Shown: one piece after another, positions 54,364 through 63,909 of the stretch | Numbering within the stretch: position 1 is the first letter of the stretch | Layout: the number at the start of each line of letters is the position of its first letter | From: Candidatus Saccharimonadota bacterium | GTDB lineage: Bacteria > Patescibacteriota > Saccharimonadia > Saccharimonadales > UBA4665 | Direction: 5' to 3' | Assembly (NCBI GenBank): GCA_039931245.1 | Contig: JBDTSH010000014.1 | Span: forward strand, 258 to 64,257 | Length of the DNA stretch: 64,000 bases | Program-made: the position numbers and the translations under genes | Notes under the pieces: generated by a model | Told to the model about the DNA's origin: nothing | The model's database searches: none | What the model saw: the letters and a program-made list of their open reading frames with translations, nothing else

Positions 54364-55046
54364 TGGTCTACTTCGACACCGCTCTGTTGCTAATAATTAT
54401 CGGCTTACTGCTATGGCGGATGAACCTCTCGCGGTCGGCTAGGGCGCCGGGCCAGTCAATCATTCTGGATTCCTGCGCCCTGATCGATGGGCGTATTATC
54501 GATATCTATCAAGCCGGTTTCCTGAGTGGCCAACTTGTTATTCCGGAGTTTATCGTTGCCGAGTTGCAGTTGCTGGCCGATGGCAAGGACGCCTATAAAC
54601 GGGAACGCGCCCGCTTTGGTTTGGAGATTGCCAAACAGTTGCGGGCCCTACCGGGTGGCACCGTCCTGCTGGCAGCTCAGGATTTCCGGCACCTCCAGTT
54701 GGTCGATGATAAACTCGTCGCCTTGGCGCAACATATGCCCGCCAGCCTTTATACGACTGATTTTAACCTTGGTAAAGTCGCGGCCATTAAAGGGGTTGCT
54801 GTTTTGAATGTCAATGAGTTGGCGCAACGCCTTCGCCCGAGCGCTTTGCCCGGTGAGCAGGTAACGGTCACGCTGATTCGAAAGGGCCAAGGGAAAAATC
54901 AGGCCGTCGGGTACCTCGAGGACGGCACTATGGTGGTCGTCGACGACGCCCAGAAACTCATCGGCAAAACGGTAGCGGTCACGGTCATGAAGATGCACCA
55001 AAGTGTTTCAGGCAAAATGATCTTCGCGCACGCTCAGCGAGGTTAG
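54363..55046 (+). CDS. PIN/TRAM domain protein (YacL-like)
   Basis: N-terminal TM helix, PIN acidic residues (ILDSCALIDGRI, ELQLLAD) and a C-terminal TRAM-like beta domain. Sits downstream of radA. Confidence 0.8.
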   Translation: MVYFDTALLLIIIGLLLWRMNLSRSARAPGQSIILDSCALIDGRIIDIYQAGFLSGQLVIPEFIVAELQLLADGKDAYKRERARFGLEIAKQLRALPGGTVLLAAQDFRHLQLVDDKLVALAQHMPASLYTTDFNLGKVAAIKGVAVLNVNELAQRLRPSALPGEQVTVTLIRKGQGKNQAVGYLEDGTMVVVDDAQKLIGKTVAVTVMKMHQSVSGKMIFAHAQRG

Positions 55047-55054
55047 GGTTCTGG

Positions 55055-58000
55055 CTACGGTCCAGAATTCCAAGTAACGGTATTTGACGTCGAGTTCGTC
55101 CCGCCGATTGCGGTTAAGTTAGCACTGTAATCTTTATTCTTGTTCAAGCCAGTGACGGCGCCAGGTGAAGCGGGGAAAGTTGAACAGGCGCCGCCCGGAC
55201 CAGTGACACAAAGTTTATAGGCACTGGCACCAGAAATATTGTTCCAGCTGAAGTTAGCCGTTGCGCCCGCGTGCGTGTCCAGGTTTAGGGTGAGCGCCTG
55301 GGGCGCTATTACTAAATTTATAGTGGCCGTGTCCGTTCCCTGGTAGAGGACACTATCAGTGACCGTCGCGCTCAGCGTGGCCGCCCCGCTCGACGTCGGG
55401 TTATAGGTAAACGACACGGTGCTGGGGGAGTCACTGACCCCTTCGGTCTTTATGGACTGGCCATTGAGGCTAAAATTAACGCTGCCGGGGAAACTCGGGA
55501 ATTGACTATCGGATAGGGCGTGGGTACCTTGGGTGACAGTGGCCGTGATAGTACAGCTTGTGTCACAGGTATCGGGCGCGTTGAGGGTAATGACTGGGGG
55601 CGCATCGTTACAGTTGTGGACGTCGTCAGTCGGGGCCGCGGCCGTCGCCGTGGTGGAGCTGTTGGCGCTAGCAATGTTGGCTTTCCCACCGTTGAAGATG
55701 TCAATGTTCCAGAAGGCCGCATTACCGTTCGTCACGGTTTGCTTGGCGTAGGCCGGGGTACAACTGGTGGCGACTTTGCCGGATACTTTATCGGTAGTTT
55801 GGGACGAACCGGTCTTGGCGGCGGTGCCCCCAATATACCAGCCGGGGTACAAATCGTTGGTCGGGCTCGGTTCGATATCGCCGAAGTGAATGTGATTGCG
55901 TACTACGAAGGCCGGCGCGGTCTTGATGGTGGCCGGCTGGACCCAGTTGTTGGCTTTAACACCGGTGTGGGCGTATTCCATCCAACCGCGGGTTAGGGGC
56001 TCGGTCAGGTTTTCCATCGATGTCGTCAGGGTGACGTGTCGGGTGTGGTTGCCGACCCACGACACGACGGCATATTTGTTGGACCAGCTGGTCATTAAGC
56101 CGTCGTAGCCGTCGTTGGTGGTACCAGTTTTAACGGCGAAGTTCCAGCCTTGGAAACGGTGGAATTTGTAACCGCCGCGGGCCAACGTCGTGCAGTCCGT
56201 CGCCGTACATGAGCCGGGCAAGTAACTGGCGTTCGGGTCGCTCGCCATGTTATTGACGATAAAGGCGGCATCGGCCTTAATGACTTGGTTAACTTTGGGC
56301 TGGGTCCATTGGTATTTGGTATGATTGGCGGCGTCGGTGATTTTGAGGATGTAAGTCCGCGGGATGGCGTTACCGAGACGGGCGAGGGTCGACAGGCCGT
56401 TGACGTGGTCATCGAGGTGGAGGAACGCTCCATCTCCAATGGCTGAAGCGCCGTAACACTGTGTTGTTTCGGTCAAAGCTTCGTCGCCGTAACAATTGTA
56501 GGTGCTGCGGTTTTTCTGCTGGTCATAGCTGTTGGCCATCATCGCCGATGCGGTACTAATAACCTTATTAATGGACGTGACGTGGCCGGTACTGGTGTCG
56601 TTGGGGGAGGCCGAGAGCATGGCTTTGACAGCCGGGACGTTGCGGGAGCCGCCCAGGGCGTAGCGTAAGGAAAGCGGCCCCGGGTAGATAAAGTCATAGT
56701 CGGTTAAACAGTTGCCGCCGTTTTTGGGCAGCTGTTTGTTGGTGCAGGGATAGCCCGGCAGGACCGTCTGGGTATCGTAGAGGACCGAGCCGGCGCCGAC
56801 GTTATTATTGTCGTTAATCATCGTCGCGTAGTCATATGGTTTAAAGCTCGAGCCTGGCGGGATCAAAATGCCGGCGGCATAGTTATCTTGACCGTGGTCA
56901 GGGTTGTTAAAATCGGTACCCCCGACCAGCGAAACTATTTGACCGGTTTGGACGTCTTCACCGACCATGGCTTCTTCGTCGGCGCCGTAACGGGACACGT
57001 TCCGTAAGTTTGATGCTACCAGCGATTCGGCTTTGTCTTGTAAGTTCATATCGAGGGTCGTCGTGACTTTCCAGCCCCCGCGTTGGACTAGGGTGGCCCC
57101 GTACTTCTCTTGGAGTTGGGCCTTGGCGGACAGTACGAAATAGGGGGCTTTGATGCCGGCGTATTTGGGTGTTTGCGGGTGGACTTGAGCGAGAATGTCG
57201 ACTTTTTTGGCCTCGTCGGCTTGGGCTTGGGTAATGTATTTTTGCTCGGCCATTTGATTGAGGATATAGTGCTGGCGGTTGAGCAGGGCCGGCGCATTGA
57301 AGCTATCGGCTGTGACGGCCGGGTTAAAGCGGGCGCTGGCGTACGGTGAGTAATAACTCGGTGACTGGGGGATGGCGGCCAGCATGGCGGCTTGGGGAAG
57401 GGTCAGATTCTTGGCATCAGTCTGGAAGTAATCGCGGGCGGCCGTTTCGACACCGTAGTCCACGCCGCCATAGGGGGCGATGTTGAGATAGCCGGTCAAA
57501 ATATCGGCTTTGGTGTATTCGCGTTCCAGCTCGACGGCTAGAATCAGCTCTTTAACTTTACGGGTGACGGTGCGGTTATCAGTCCACTGTTCGTTGAGCT
57601 TGACGAGCTGCTGGGTGATGGTCGATCCCCCCTGGACGCTGCCGCCACCACCGAGAATATCGTGGGTCGCGGCACGGGTAATTCCGCGGACGTCAAAAGC
57701 GCCGTGCTTGTAGAAGTTTTTGTCTTCCACGGCGACGGTAGCTTGCTTCATGAAGGGTGTGATGTCTTTGGTGTCGACCGGCGTCCGCTTGATGGCGTCG
57801 TAATCTTGCCAAAGGACGGTGCTGCCGGTACGGTCGTAATAAGTAATACTGCCGCCGAGGTCACTGCCGGCGATATCTTTGACTTTCGGCAAGTCCTTGC
57901 GGAAGTAGGCGAATAGCCCGATAGTCATGAAAAAGCCTATCAATATAGCGATGCCGACAATTTTTAGGGCCATGATACCGCCTTCACGGCTCAGCCAGTA

Positions 58001-58216
58001 CTGAGCGACCCGTTTGGGCTGCAGGCGGTGCAATACCCGCTTGAACTTGCCTTTCGGCAGGGTACTTAAGTAGGTTGCTTTACTGGCAATGCGGCTCATT
58101 TTGTTGGCCATCAGACGGTCGGTCAGGGAGCGATGGACTTTGATGGTTTTGCCACTTTTAGTTGTAAAAGTATTCTTTGCGCGGCGGTTTCGCCCCGATC
58201 CTTTGGAAGCATTCAT
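55055..58216 (-). CDS. Class A penicillin-binding protein (transglycosylase/transpeptidase) with a long C-terminal extension
   Basis: GT51 motifs (EDKNFYKHGAFD, GGSTITQQLVK), transpeptidase SSFKP and KTGTT, plus about 300 extra C-terminal residues rich in Thr/Ser/Ala. Confidence 0.9.
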   Translation of the reverse strand: MNASKGSGRNRRAKNTFTTKSGKTIKVHRSLTDRLMANKMSRIASKATYLSTLPKGKFKRVLHRLQPKRVAQYWLSREGGIMALKIVGIAILIGFFMTIGLFAYFRKDLPKVKDIAGSDLGGSITYYDRTGSTVLWQDYDAIKRTPVDTKDITPFMKQATVAVEDKNFYKHGAFDVRGITRAATHDILGGGGSVQGGSTITQQLVKLNEQWTDNRTVTRKVKELILAVELEREYTKADILTGYLNIAPYGGVDYGVETAARDYFQTDAKNLTLPQAAMLAAIPQSPSYYSPYASARFNPAVTADSFNAPALLNRQHYILNQMAEQKYITQAQADEAKKVDILAQVHPQTPKYAGIKAPYFVLSAKAQLQEKYGATLVQRGGWKVTTTLDMNLQDKAESLVASNLRNVSRYGADEEAMVGEDVQTGQIVSLVGGTDFNNPDHGQDNYAAGILIPPGSSFKPYDYATMINDNNNVGAGSVLYDTQTVLPGYPCTNKQLPKNGGNCLTDYDFIYPGPLSLRYALGGSRNVPAVKAMLSASPNDTSTGHVTSINKVISTASAMMANSYDQQKNRSTYNCYGDEALTETTQCYGASAIGDGAFLHLDDHVNGLSTLARLGNAIPRTYILKITDAANHTKYQWTQPKVNQVIKADAAFIVNNMASDPNASYLPGSCTATDCTTLARGGYKFHRFQGWNFAVKTGTTNDGYDGLMTSWSNKYAVVSWVGNHTRHVTLTTSMENLTEPLTRGWMEYAHTGVKANNWVQPATIKTAPAFVVRNHIHFGDIEPSPTNDLYPGWYIGGTAAKTGSSQTTDKVSGKVATSCTPAYAKQTVTNGNAAFWNIDIFNGGKANIASANSSTTATAAAPTDDVHNCNDAPPVITLNAPDTCDTSCTITATVTQGTHALSDSQFPSFPGSVNFSLNGQSIKTEGVSDSPSTVSFTYNPTSSGAATLSATVTDSVLYQGTDTATINLVIAPQALTLNLDTHAGATANFSWNNISGASAYKLCVTGPGGACSTFPASPGAVTGLNKNKDYSANLTAIGGTNSTSNTVTWNSGP

Positions 58217-58368
58217 AAGTATAAGTCTAACTCCTCGTCAATTTCTTAGGCTCATTATAGCAAACAGCGACTATAAAAAGGCTATGTTTAGTGAAATCGC
58301 TACAGTTGTAACTCAGGTTTGCAGTCGTCTGGGGTTGGGCTATACTTAAGAGCAATTAACCTAGCGAA

Positions 58369-59628
58369 ATGAGTTCTATGACCCTATCCGAAGAACTGGT
58401 GTGGCGCGGCCATATTAAAGACAAGACTTTTAGCGACGTGGCGTGGCTCGACACGCCCCGGACATTTTACCTGGGGGCGGATTGTTCTTCGGCCGACAGC
58501 CTCACCATCGGCAACTTGGCTATTTTTATGCTGGCTAAGCGCCTCAATGCGGCCGGTTGGAAAACGATTCTACTGGTCGGCGGTGCCACTAGTCTGATCG
58601 GTGATCCGGGTGGTAAAGACGATGAGCGCCAGATCAAAGACCGCGCTGAAATAGCCGCCAACGTCGCCGGCATAAAGCAGCAGGTCCAAAAACTATTCGC
58701 CGGCGCCGAGTTCACGCTGGTCGATAATTACGACTGGTTCAAGGCTATTAACTTTCTTGATTTTTTACGCGACGTCGGCAAATTGTACAGTATGACCGAG
58801 CTCGTGCAACGCGATTTTATCAGCGAACGGATGGGCGAGGGGGGCAGCGGTATTAGCTACGCCGAATTTAGCTACACCCTTATCCAGGGGTACGACTACT
58901 GGCAGCTCTACAAGGATTATGGTGTCGTTCTGCAAATTGGCGGCTCCGACCAGTGGGGCAACATGCTGTCGGGCGTGCCGCTGATTCGTAAAAAAGAGTC
59001 GGCCGAAGTTCACGCCTTGAGTGCACCGCTGATTCTCGATAAGACGACTGGCAAGAAATTCGGCAAAAGCGAAGCGGGTGCCGTTTGGCTCGACCCCGCC
59101 CAGACCTCACCGACACAGTTCTATCAGTTCTGGATTAACACCGATGATTTGGGGGTAGCCGATTACCTCAAAATCTACACCGACCTCGACCAAGCCGCCA
59201 TCGCTGAGCTTATGGAGCAGCACATGGCCGAGCCCCAAGCCCGCACCGCCCAGCGGACACTCGCCCAAGAGGTAACGCGTTTAGTGCACGGCGCCGCCGC
59301 CGCCGCGACTGCCCAAGAAGTCACGGCCTACCTGACGGGCCAGGCGTCAATCGCCGCTGCCAGCGACGCCGCCTTAGAGGCGATTCGCCACGAATTGCCG
59401 AGTATCCAGTCGGCACCAACCAGTTCGATTATTGAGGCCCTCGTGAGCGCCAATTTGGCGCCGTCCAACTCCGAGGCGCGCCGTCTGATAGAGGGCAACG
59501 CGATTAGCCTTAACGGCATAAAATCGGTCCGCGAGAATTTCCAAGCCAGTGACTTTGTCAGTGGGCGTTTGCTGCTGCGCCGTGGTAAGGCCTTTAAGGA
59601 CTCGGCCCTCGTCGAACTCGGCGATTAG
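58369..59628 (+). CDS. tyrS: Tyrosine--tRNA ligase
   Basis: Class I motifs (LTIGNL as the HIGH-like region, KFGKS as KMSKS) and a C-terminal S4-like domain. Confidence 0.95.
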   Translation: MSSMTLSEELVWRGHIKDKTFSDVAWLDTPRTFYLGADCSSADSLTIGNLAIFMLAKRLNAAGWKTILLVGGATSLIGDPGGKDDERQIKDRAEIAANVAGIKQQVQKLFAGAEFTLVDNYDWFKAINFLDFLRDVGKLYSMTELVQRDFISERMGEGGSGISYAEFSYTLIQGYDYWQLYKDYGVVLQIGGSDQWGNMLSGVPLIRKKESAEVHALSAPLILDKTTGKKFGKSEAGAVWLDPAQTSPTQFYQFWINTDDLGVADYLKIYTDLDQAAIAELMEQHMAEPQARTAQRTLAQEVTRLVHGAAAAATAQEVTAYLTGQASIAAASDAALEAIRHELPSIQSAPTSSIIEALVSANLAPSNSEARRLIEGNAISLNGIKSVRENFQASDFVSGRLLLRRGKAFKDSALVELGD

Positions 59629-59644
59629 GGAATATTGGCCAGCC

Positions 59645-59653
59645 TGATATACT
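59645..59653 (+). promoter_or_regulatory. Extended -10 element TGaTATACT upstream of the methyltransferase gene
   Basis: TGATATACT at 59645-59653, 12 nt before ATG 59666. Confidence 0.4.
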
Positions 59654-59665
59654 TAAACATAACCT

Positions 59666-60451
59666 ATGTCTGATTCACCCAATCTCCCCGACAAACATAA
59701 AAAACGCGCCGACCAGTACAATGATCCCACGCATAACTACCTCCATTACTGGGATGGTCGCGACTATGAGCACGCCGCCGAAGAAATTGCCCTCAAAAAA
59801 TTATTGCGCGGCAAGCATTTTCAAACGGCCATCGACATCGGTGGTGGCTATGGTCGATTGTGTGTCTTTCTCGAGCATTACGCTAAAAAAGTTATTTTGG
59901 CAGAACCCAGTCAGCAGCAGCTCGATATTGCCGTGGAGTTTTTGAAAGATCACCCCGAAATCGACCGCGTCTTGACCCAGGCCGACGACCTTAAGTTTGC
60001 CGACGGTTCGGCCGACCTGATCACGATGATCCGCGTCATGCACCATTTGCCCGATCCCCGTAATGAATTTGGAGAGATCGCCCGGGTCTTGAGCGACGAG
60101 GGATTTGCTATTATTGAAGTCGCTAACTACTTGCACGCCCGCAACCGGCTTAAACATCTGATGCGCGGCGAGCGCATGCCCGTCAAACCGGTCGACATTC
60201 GGTCTAAGATTAATCAGCGTGACGACGAGATTCCGTTCGTCAACCACAACCCCCGCACCGTCATCCGTCAGCTCGAGCTGGCTGGTCTGCGAGTCGAATC
60301 GACCTTGTCAGTCTCCAATTTACGGAGTACCCGCTTGAAGCAGATCATCCCCCACAAAATCCTGATCGCCACTGAACACGTCCTCCAACGCCCGCTGGCC
60401 AGCAGCTACTTCGGTCCCAGTATTTTCCTGCTCGTCCGCAAAGCGAGCTAA
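59666..60451 (+). CDS. Class I SAM-dependent methyltransferase
   Basis: Motif I AIDIGGGYGR and an acidic post-I residue (ILAEPS). Rossmann-like length. Confidence 0.8.
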   Translation: MSDSPNLPDKHKKRADQYNDPTHNYLHYWDGRDYEHAAEEIALKKLLRGKHFQTAIDIGGGYGRLCVFLEHYAKKVILAEPSQQQLDIAVEFLKDHPEIDRVLTQADDLKFADGSADLITMIRVMHHLPDPRNEFGEIARVLSDEGFAIIEVANYLHARNRLKHLMRGERMPVKPVDIRSKINQRDDEIPFVNHNPRTVIRQLELAGLRVESTLSVSNLRSTRLKQIIPHKILIATEHVLQRPLASSYFGPSIFLLVRKAS

Positions 60452-60491
60452 ACGCTAGAGGGCAGCGGCCCGCGCCATGTATACTCGATAG

Positions 60492-62528
60492 ATGACACTC
60501 ACGACGGAGATTACCTATTTGCCGGGCATTGGTCCGGCCCTGGCGACAAAGTTTGGCTATTTGGGGATTGCGACATTGGCCGACCTGGTGGACTACTTGC
60601 CGCGGCGCTATGATGATTTCTCCAGCCTTATGTCGGCCAGCCAGCTGCAACCGGGTCTAGTCACACTGGAGGCAACTATCCAGAGCGTCACCGGACACTA
60701 CGCCCGGCGCGGTATGCATCTTACCGAAGCGATTGCCGCCGATGATACCGGCAGTATCCGATTGATCTGGTTTAACCAGCCGTACCGAGCGACGGCTATC
60801 AAACGTGATCAAGCGTATTATATTTCCGGCCAATACGAATTGAGCCACCAGCGCTTTAGTATTATGAATCCGAGTTTGGAATTGGTGTCTGACTTCCCGG
60901 TCAACACGGCCCGCATCTTACCGATCTACCGTGAAACTAAAGGCCTGACGTCGCGCCTGATTCGTGCTGCCGTGGCCCGGACGATGCCGCTGATTAAGTC
61001 TTTGCCGGAGACATTGCCGGACTGGATCGTCAAAGAGCAAAAATTAATGAGCCGGGCGGCTGCCGTCCAAGCGATGCACTTCCCGGAGTCGACTGCCCAG
61101 CTCGCCGCCGCCCAAGAGAGGTTCGGTTTCGAGGAGGTGTTTCGTTTGGCTTTGGCCAGCTTGCTCAACAAACAAGCTAACCAGCACGAGCATGCTTTAG
61201 TTATTCCCTTCAATGAAAGCCTGGCCCGCGACTTTGTCGGCCACCTGCCGTTCACGCTGACCGACGCCCAGCGCCGGGTCATCTGGCAGATTTACCAAGA
61301 CCTGCAGAAGCCCCAACCGATGAACCGGCTGATTGAGGGTGACGTGGGGGCGGGCAAGACGGTGGTGGCCGTCATGGCCGCTCTGATGGCTCTGGAGCAG
61401 GGTTGGCAGGTCGCCCTGATGGCCCCGACCGAACTGTTGGCCCGCCAGCACGCCGATACCTTATATAAGTTGCTGCAACCGCTCGGCCGGGAGTCGGCCG
61501 TCGATTTACTGGTGGGCAGCCTTAAACCGGCCCAAAAAAGCCGCGCCCGGGCCGCCATCGCCAGCGGCGACGCCCAATTTATTGTCGGCACTCAAGCTTT
61601 AATTCAGGAAACGGTGGCCCTGCCGCAGCTCGCCCTCGTCATCATCGACGAGCAGCACCGTTTTGGTGTCGATCAACGCAAAGCCCTTCAAGTCAAAGCC
61701 GGCCATATGCCCCACGTCTTGAGCTTGACCGCGACGCCGATACCGCGCAGCCTGGCTCTGACCTTGTACGGGGAGCTCGATATTTCGATCCTCGCCGACA
61801 AACCACCCGGCCGGCTGCCGATTATCACTGAAATTATCTCGCCTAATTCTCGGGCGCAAGTTTACGGCGCGGTGGCGGAACAACTCGAAGCCGGTCGCCA
61901 AATGTTCGTCGTCTGTCCGCTGATTGGTGAATCGGATACTCTTAAAGTGCGCTCGGCCGAAGTTGTCTATGAGGAGTTCAGCCGCCAAGACTTTAAAAAG
62001 TGGCGAATTGGGCTGCTGCACGGCAGGCTCAAAGCCGATGACAAAGCCGCTGTCATGGCCCAGTTTGTGGCCCATGAGCTTGATATATTGGTGGCGACGA
62101 CCGTGATCGAAGTCGGCGTCGATGTCCCCAATGCGACGGTGATGATGTTGGAGGGCGCCGAACGTTTTGGCTTGGCCCAGATTCACCAGCTGCGTGGCCG
62201 GGTCGGGCGGGCTGCCGACCAAGGTTATTGCTATCTGCTGCTCAGTGAATCCACCGCGCCGAGCCGTCGCTTGCGGGCCCTGGAAAGCTCCAATGACGGT
62301 TTTAAATTGGCCGAACTCGATCTGGAACTGCGCGGCCCCGGCGCTATCTATGGCAGTATGCAGCACGGGGAGCTCGACTTGCGCGTGGCTAAATTGAGCG
62401 ACGCTCGTCTCATCGCCCGGGCCCGCGGGAGTGCCCAGGAATTTCTCGATAAGTCGGAAAATTTGCTACACTATAAGGAGTTAGCCGCTCACGTCACCCG
62501 ATTGCGGACCGTCACCAACCTAAACTAA
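60492..62528 (+). CDS. recG: ATP-dependent DNA helicase RecG
   Basis: Wedge/OB N-terminal domain, GDVGAGKT Walker A, DEQHRFG, TATPIPRS, QLRGRVGR. Confidence 0.95.
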   Translation: MTLTTEITYLPGIGPALATKFGYLGIATLADLVDYLPRRYDDFSSLMSASQLQPGLVTLEATIQSVTGHYARRGMHLTEAIAADDTGSIRLIWFNQPYRATAIKRDQAYYISGQYELSHQRFSIMNPSLELVSDFPVNTARILPIYRETKGLTSRLIRAAVARTMPLIKSLPETLPDWIVKEQKLMSRAAAVQAMHFPESTAQLAAAQERFGFEEVFRLALASLLNKQANQHEHALVIPFNESLARDFVGHLPFTLTDAQRRVIWQIYQDLQKPQPMNRLIEGDVGAGKTVVAVMAALMALEQGWQVALMAPTELLARQHADTLYKLLQPLGRESAVDLLVGSLKPAQKSRARAAIASGDAQFIVGTQALIQETVALPQLALVIIDEQHRFGVDQRKALQVKAGHMPHVLSLTATPIPRSLALTLYGELDISILADKPPGRLPIITEIISPNSRAQVYGAVAEQLEAGRQMFVVCPLIGESDTLKVRSAEVVYEEFSRQDFKKWRIGLLHGRLKADDKAAVMAQFVAHELDILVATTVIEVGVDVPNATVMMLEGAERFGLAQIHQLRGRVGRAADQGYCYLLLSESTAPSRRLRALESSNDGFKLAELDLELRGPGAIYGSMQHGELDLRVAKLSDARLIARARGSAQEFLDKSENLLHYKELAAHVTRLRTVTNLN

Positions 62529-62587
62529 ACGATCGACGGGTGTCGCGCCGACTAGCCAACTTTTGCTAATGTAACACCGACTGGCCC

Positions 62588-63376
62588 ATGTACGCTATCA
62601 TATTTCACGCTCATCAGAAGATTAACCGCGTCGCGTATCGCCACTTTAAACACTTGCAGCCCGAGGCCTACTTTCCTAGTATTCGCCAGATCCTGCAGTT
62701 TGAGGGCCGCCATGGTCCCGATGCTTCGCAACTTAAAAAGCCCGGCTTAAGCGAGCAACCCTGGCACTTTGTTGACCCGCTGAACCGGGCTGACGTCGAT
62801 TTGCACGGTTTGATTGACGGCCACTATAAAGCGCTGGTGACGGCCCTCCGCGCCCGGGACGAGATTCGTAGTGCCTTTGAGGCTGCGTGGTTGGCCCACG
62901 CTTTAGTCGACGGCCTGACTCCCGCCCATCACTATCCGTACGAAGAAGAGCTGGAGGAATTGCGCGGTGAGGATCGCCATAGCCGGCAAGGTTTATTGGG
63001 CCGTGGTTTTGTGCACGGCGATACGCTCCTGCAATCGATCAAACGCAGCCTGCAACTAGTCGGGCCGCGCGGCCTGCTGACGACCCACGCCATGTTTGAG
63101 GCCGGCGCCTATGCCCTGATGGTGCCGTTGCCCTTAAATCATGCCTTACCCTCGCCGCGCGATATCGACATCGTTTCGGCCCAGGGCGTCGTCGGGCTTT
63201 TCAAACAGCTGGCTGAAGAAATCGCCAATTTCAAAATATATATTCGTTTTATCGAGCGCGGTTGGACCCACACGGTGAGCCGCGACATCCGCCGCGAACT
63301 GGCACCGCGCATGGTACGCATGGTGCTCCTAGCCTGGTACAGCGCGGCCCGCGAGGCCGAGCAGGCGACGTCGTGA
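62588..63376 (+). CDS. Hypothetical protein, possibly a zinc-dependent phospholipase C / P1-nuclease-like fold
   Basis: His/Asp-rich pattern (FHAH, GPDA, WHFVDP, AHALVDGLTPAHH) reminiscent of that superfamily. Weak evidence, not searched. Confidence 0.45.
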   Translation: MYAIIFHAHQKINRVAYRHFKHLQPEAYFPSIRQILQFEGRHGPDASQLKKPGLSEQPWHFVDPLNRADVDLHGLIDGHYKALVTALRARDEIRSAFEAAWLAHALVDGLTPAHHYPYEEELEELRGEDRHSRQGLLGRGFVHGDTLLQSIKRSLQLVGPRGLLTTHAMFEAGAYALMVPLPLNHALPSPRDIDIVSAQGVVGLFKQLAEEIANFKIYIRFIERGWTHTVSRDIRRELAPRMVRMVLLAWYSAAREAEQATS

Positions 63377-63909
63377 GAGTTATCGCCGGCCGACTCGGTG
63401 GCCGTTTGTTCAATTCCCCCGGCACTGACCGCACCCATCCCATGAGCGACAAAATTCGCGGTGCCTTGTTCAACACCCTCGGTGACATTAGTTATTTGCG
63501 TCTGCTCGATGCCTTCACCGGCAGCGGCGCCTTGGCGTTTGAAGCCCTCAGCCGCGGTGCCAGTCACGTCACTGCTCTCGATGTCGACGCCAATGCCATC
63601 GCGACCGTTATTAAAAATGCCAGCCAACTGGCGCTGGGCGGCGAGCTCAAGCCGATACGGGTGAACGCCGCCGCCTGGCTGCAGACCTCGCCGGTCGATA
63701 CCTTCTTTGACATCGTGCTGTGTGATCCTCCCTATGACGACCCGCAACTACCACTCATCGCTGACCTCGCCGGGCGTGTCAAGCCCGCTGGCCTGTTGGT
63801 CGCCTCGTTACCGGCGGGAGTCGACCTGACGCTTCCGGGCGCGTATGGGCTCGTCGCCGCCAAAACGTATGGCGATGCCAGTCTTTACTTCTATCGCCGG
63901 GAAGGCTAA
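63373..63909 (+). CDS. rsmD: 16S rRNA (guanine966-N2)-methyltransferase RsmD
   Basis: RVIAGRLGGR, RPT-like THPMSDKIRGALFN, DAFTGSGALAFEALSRGA, DPPY. GTG 63373 overlaps the upstream stop (GTGA). Confidence 0.85.
   Translation: MRVIAGRLGGRLFNSPGTDRTHPMSDKIRGALFNTLGDISYLRLLDAFTGSGALAFEALSRGASHVTALDVDANAIATVIKNASQLALGGELKPIRVNAAAWLQTSPVDTFFDIVLCDPPYDDPQLPLIADLAGRVKPAGLLVASLPAGVDLTLPGAYGLVAAKTYGDASLYFYRREG

Noticed and set aside
58217-58368. Possible T-box riboswitch or attenuator upstream of tyrS, and likewise upstream of pheS at 4804..4914.
   Set aside because: The intergenic regions are only about 150 and 110 nt. I could not find the conserved T-box sequence (AANNNGGGTGGTACCGCG-like) or a terminator/antiterminator pair. 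A plain TATACT -10 box explains the region.
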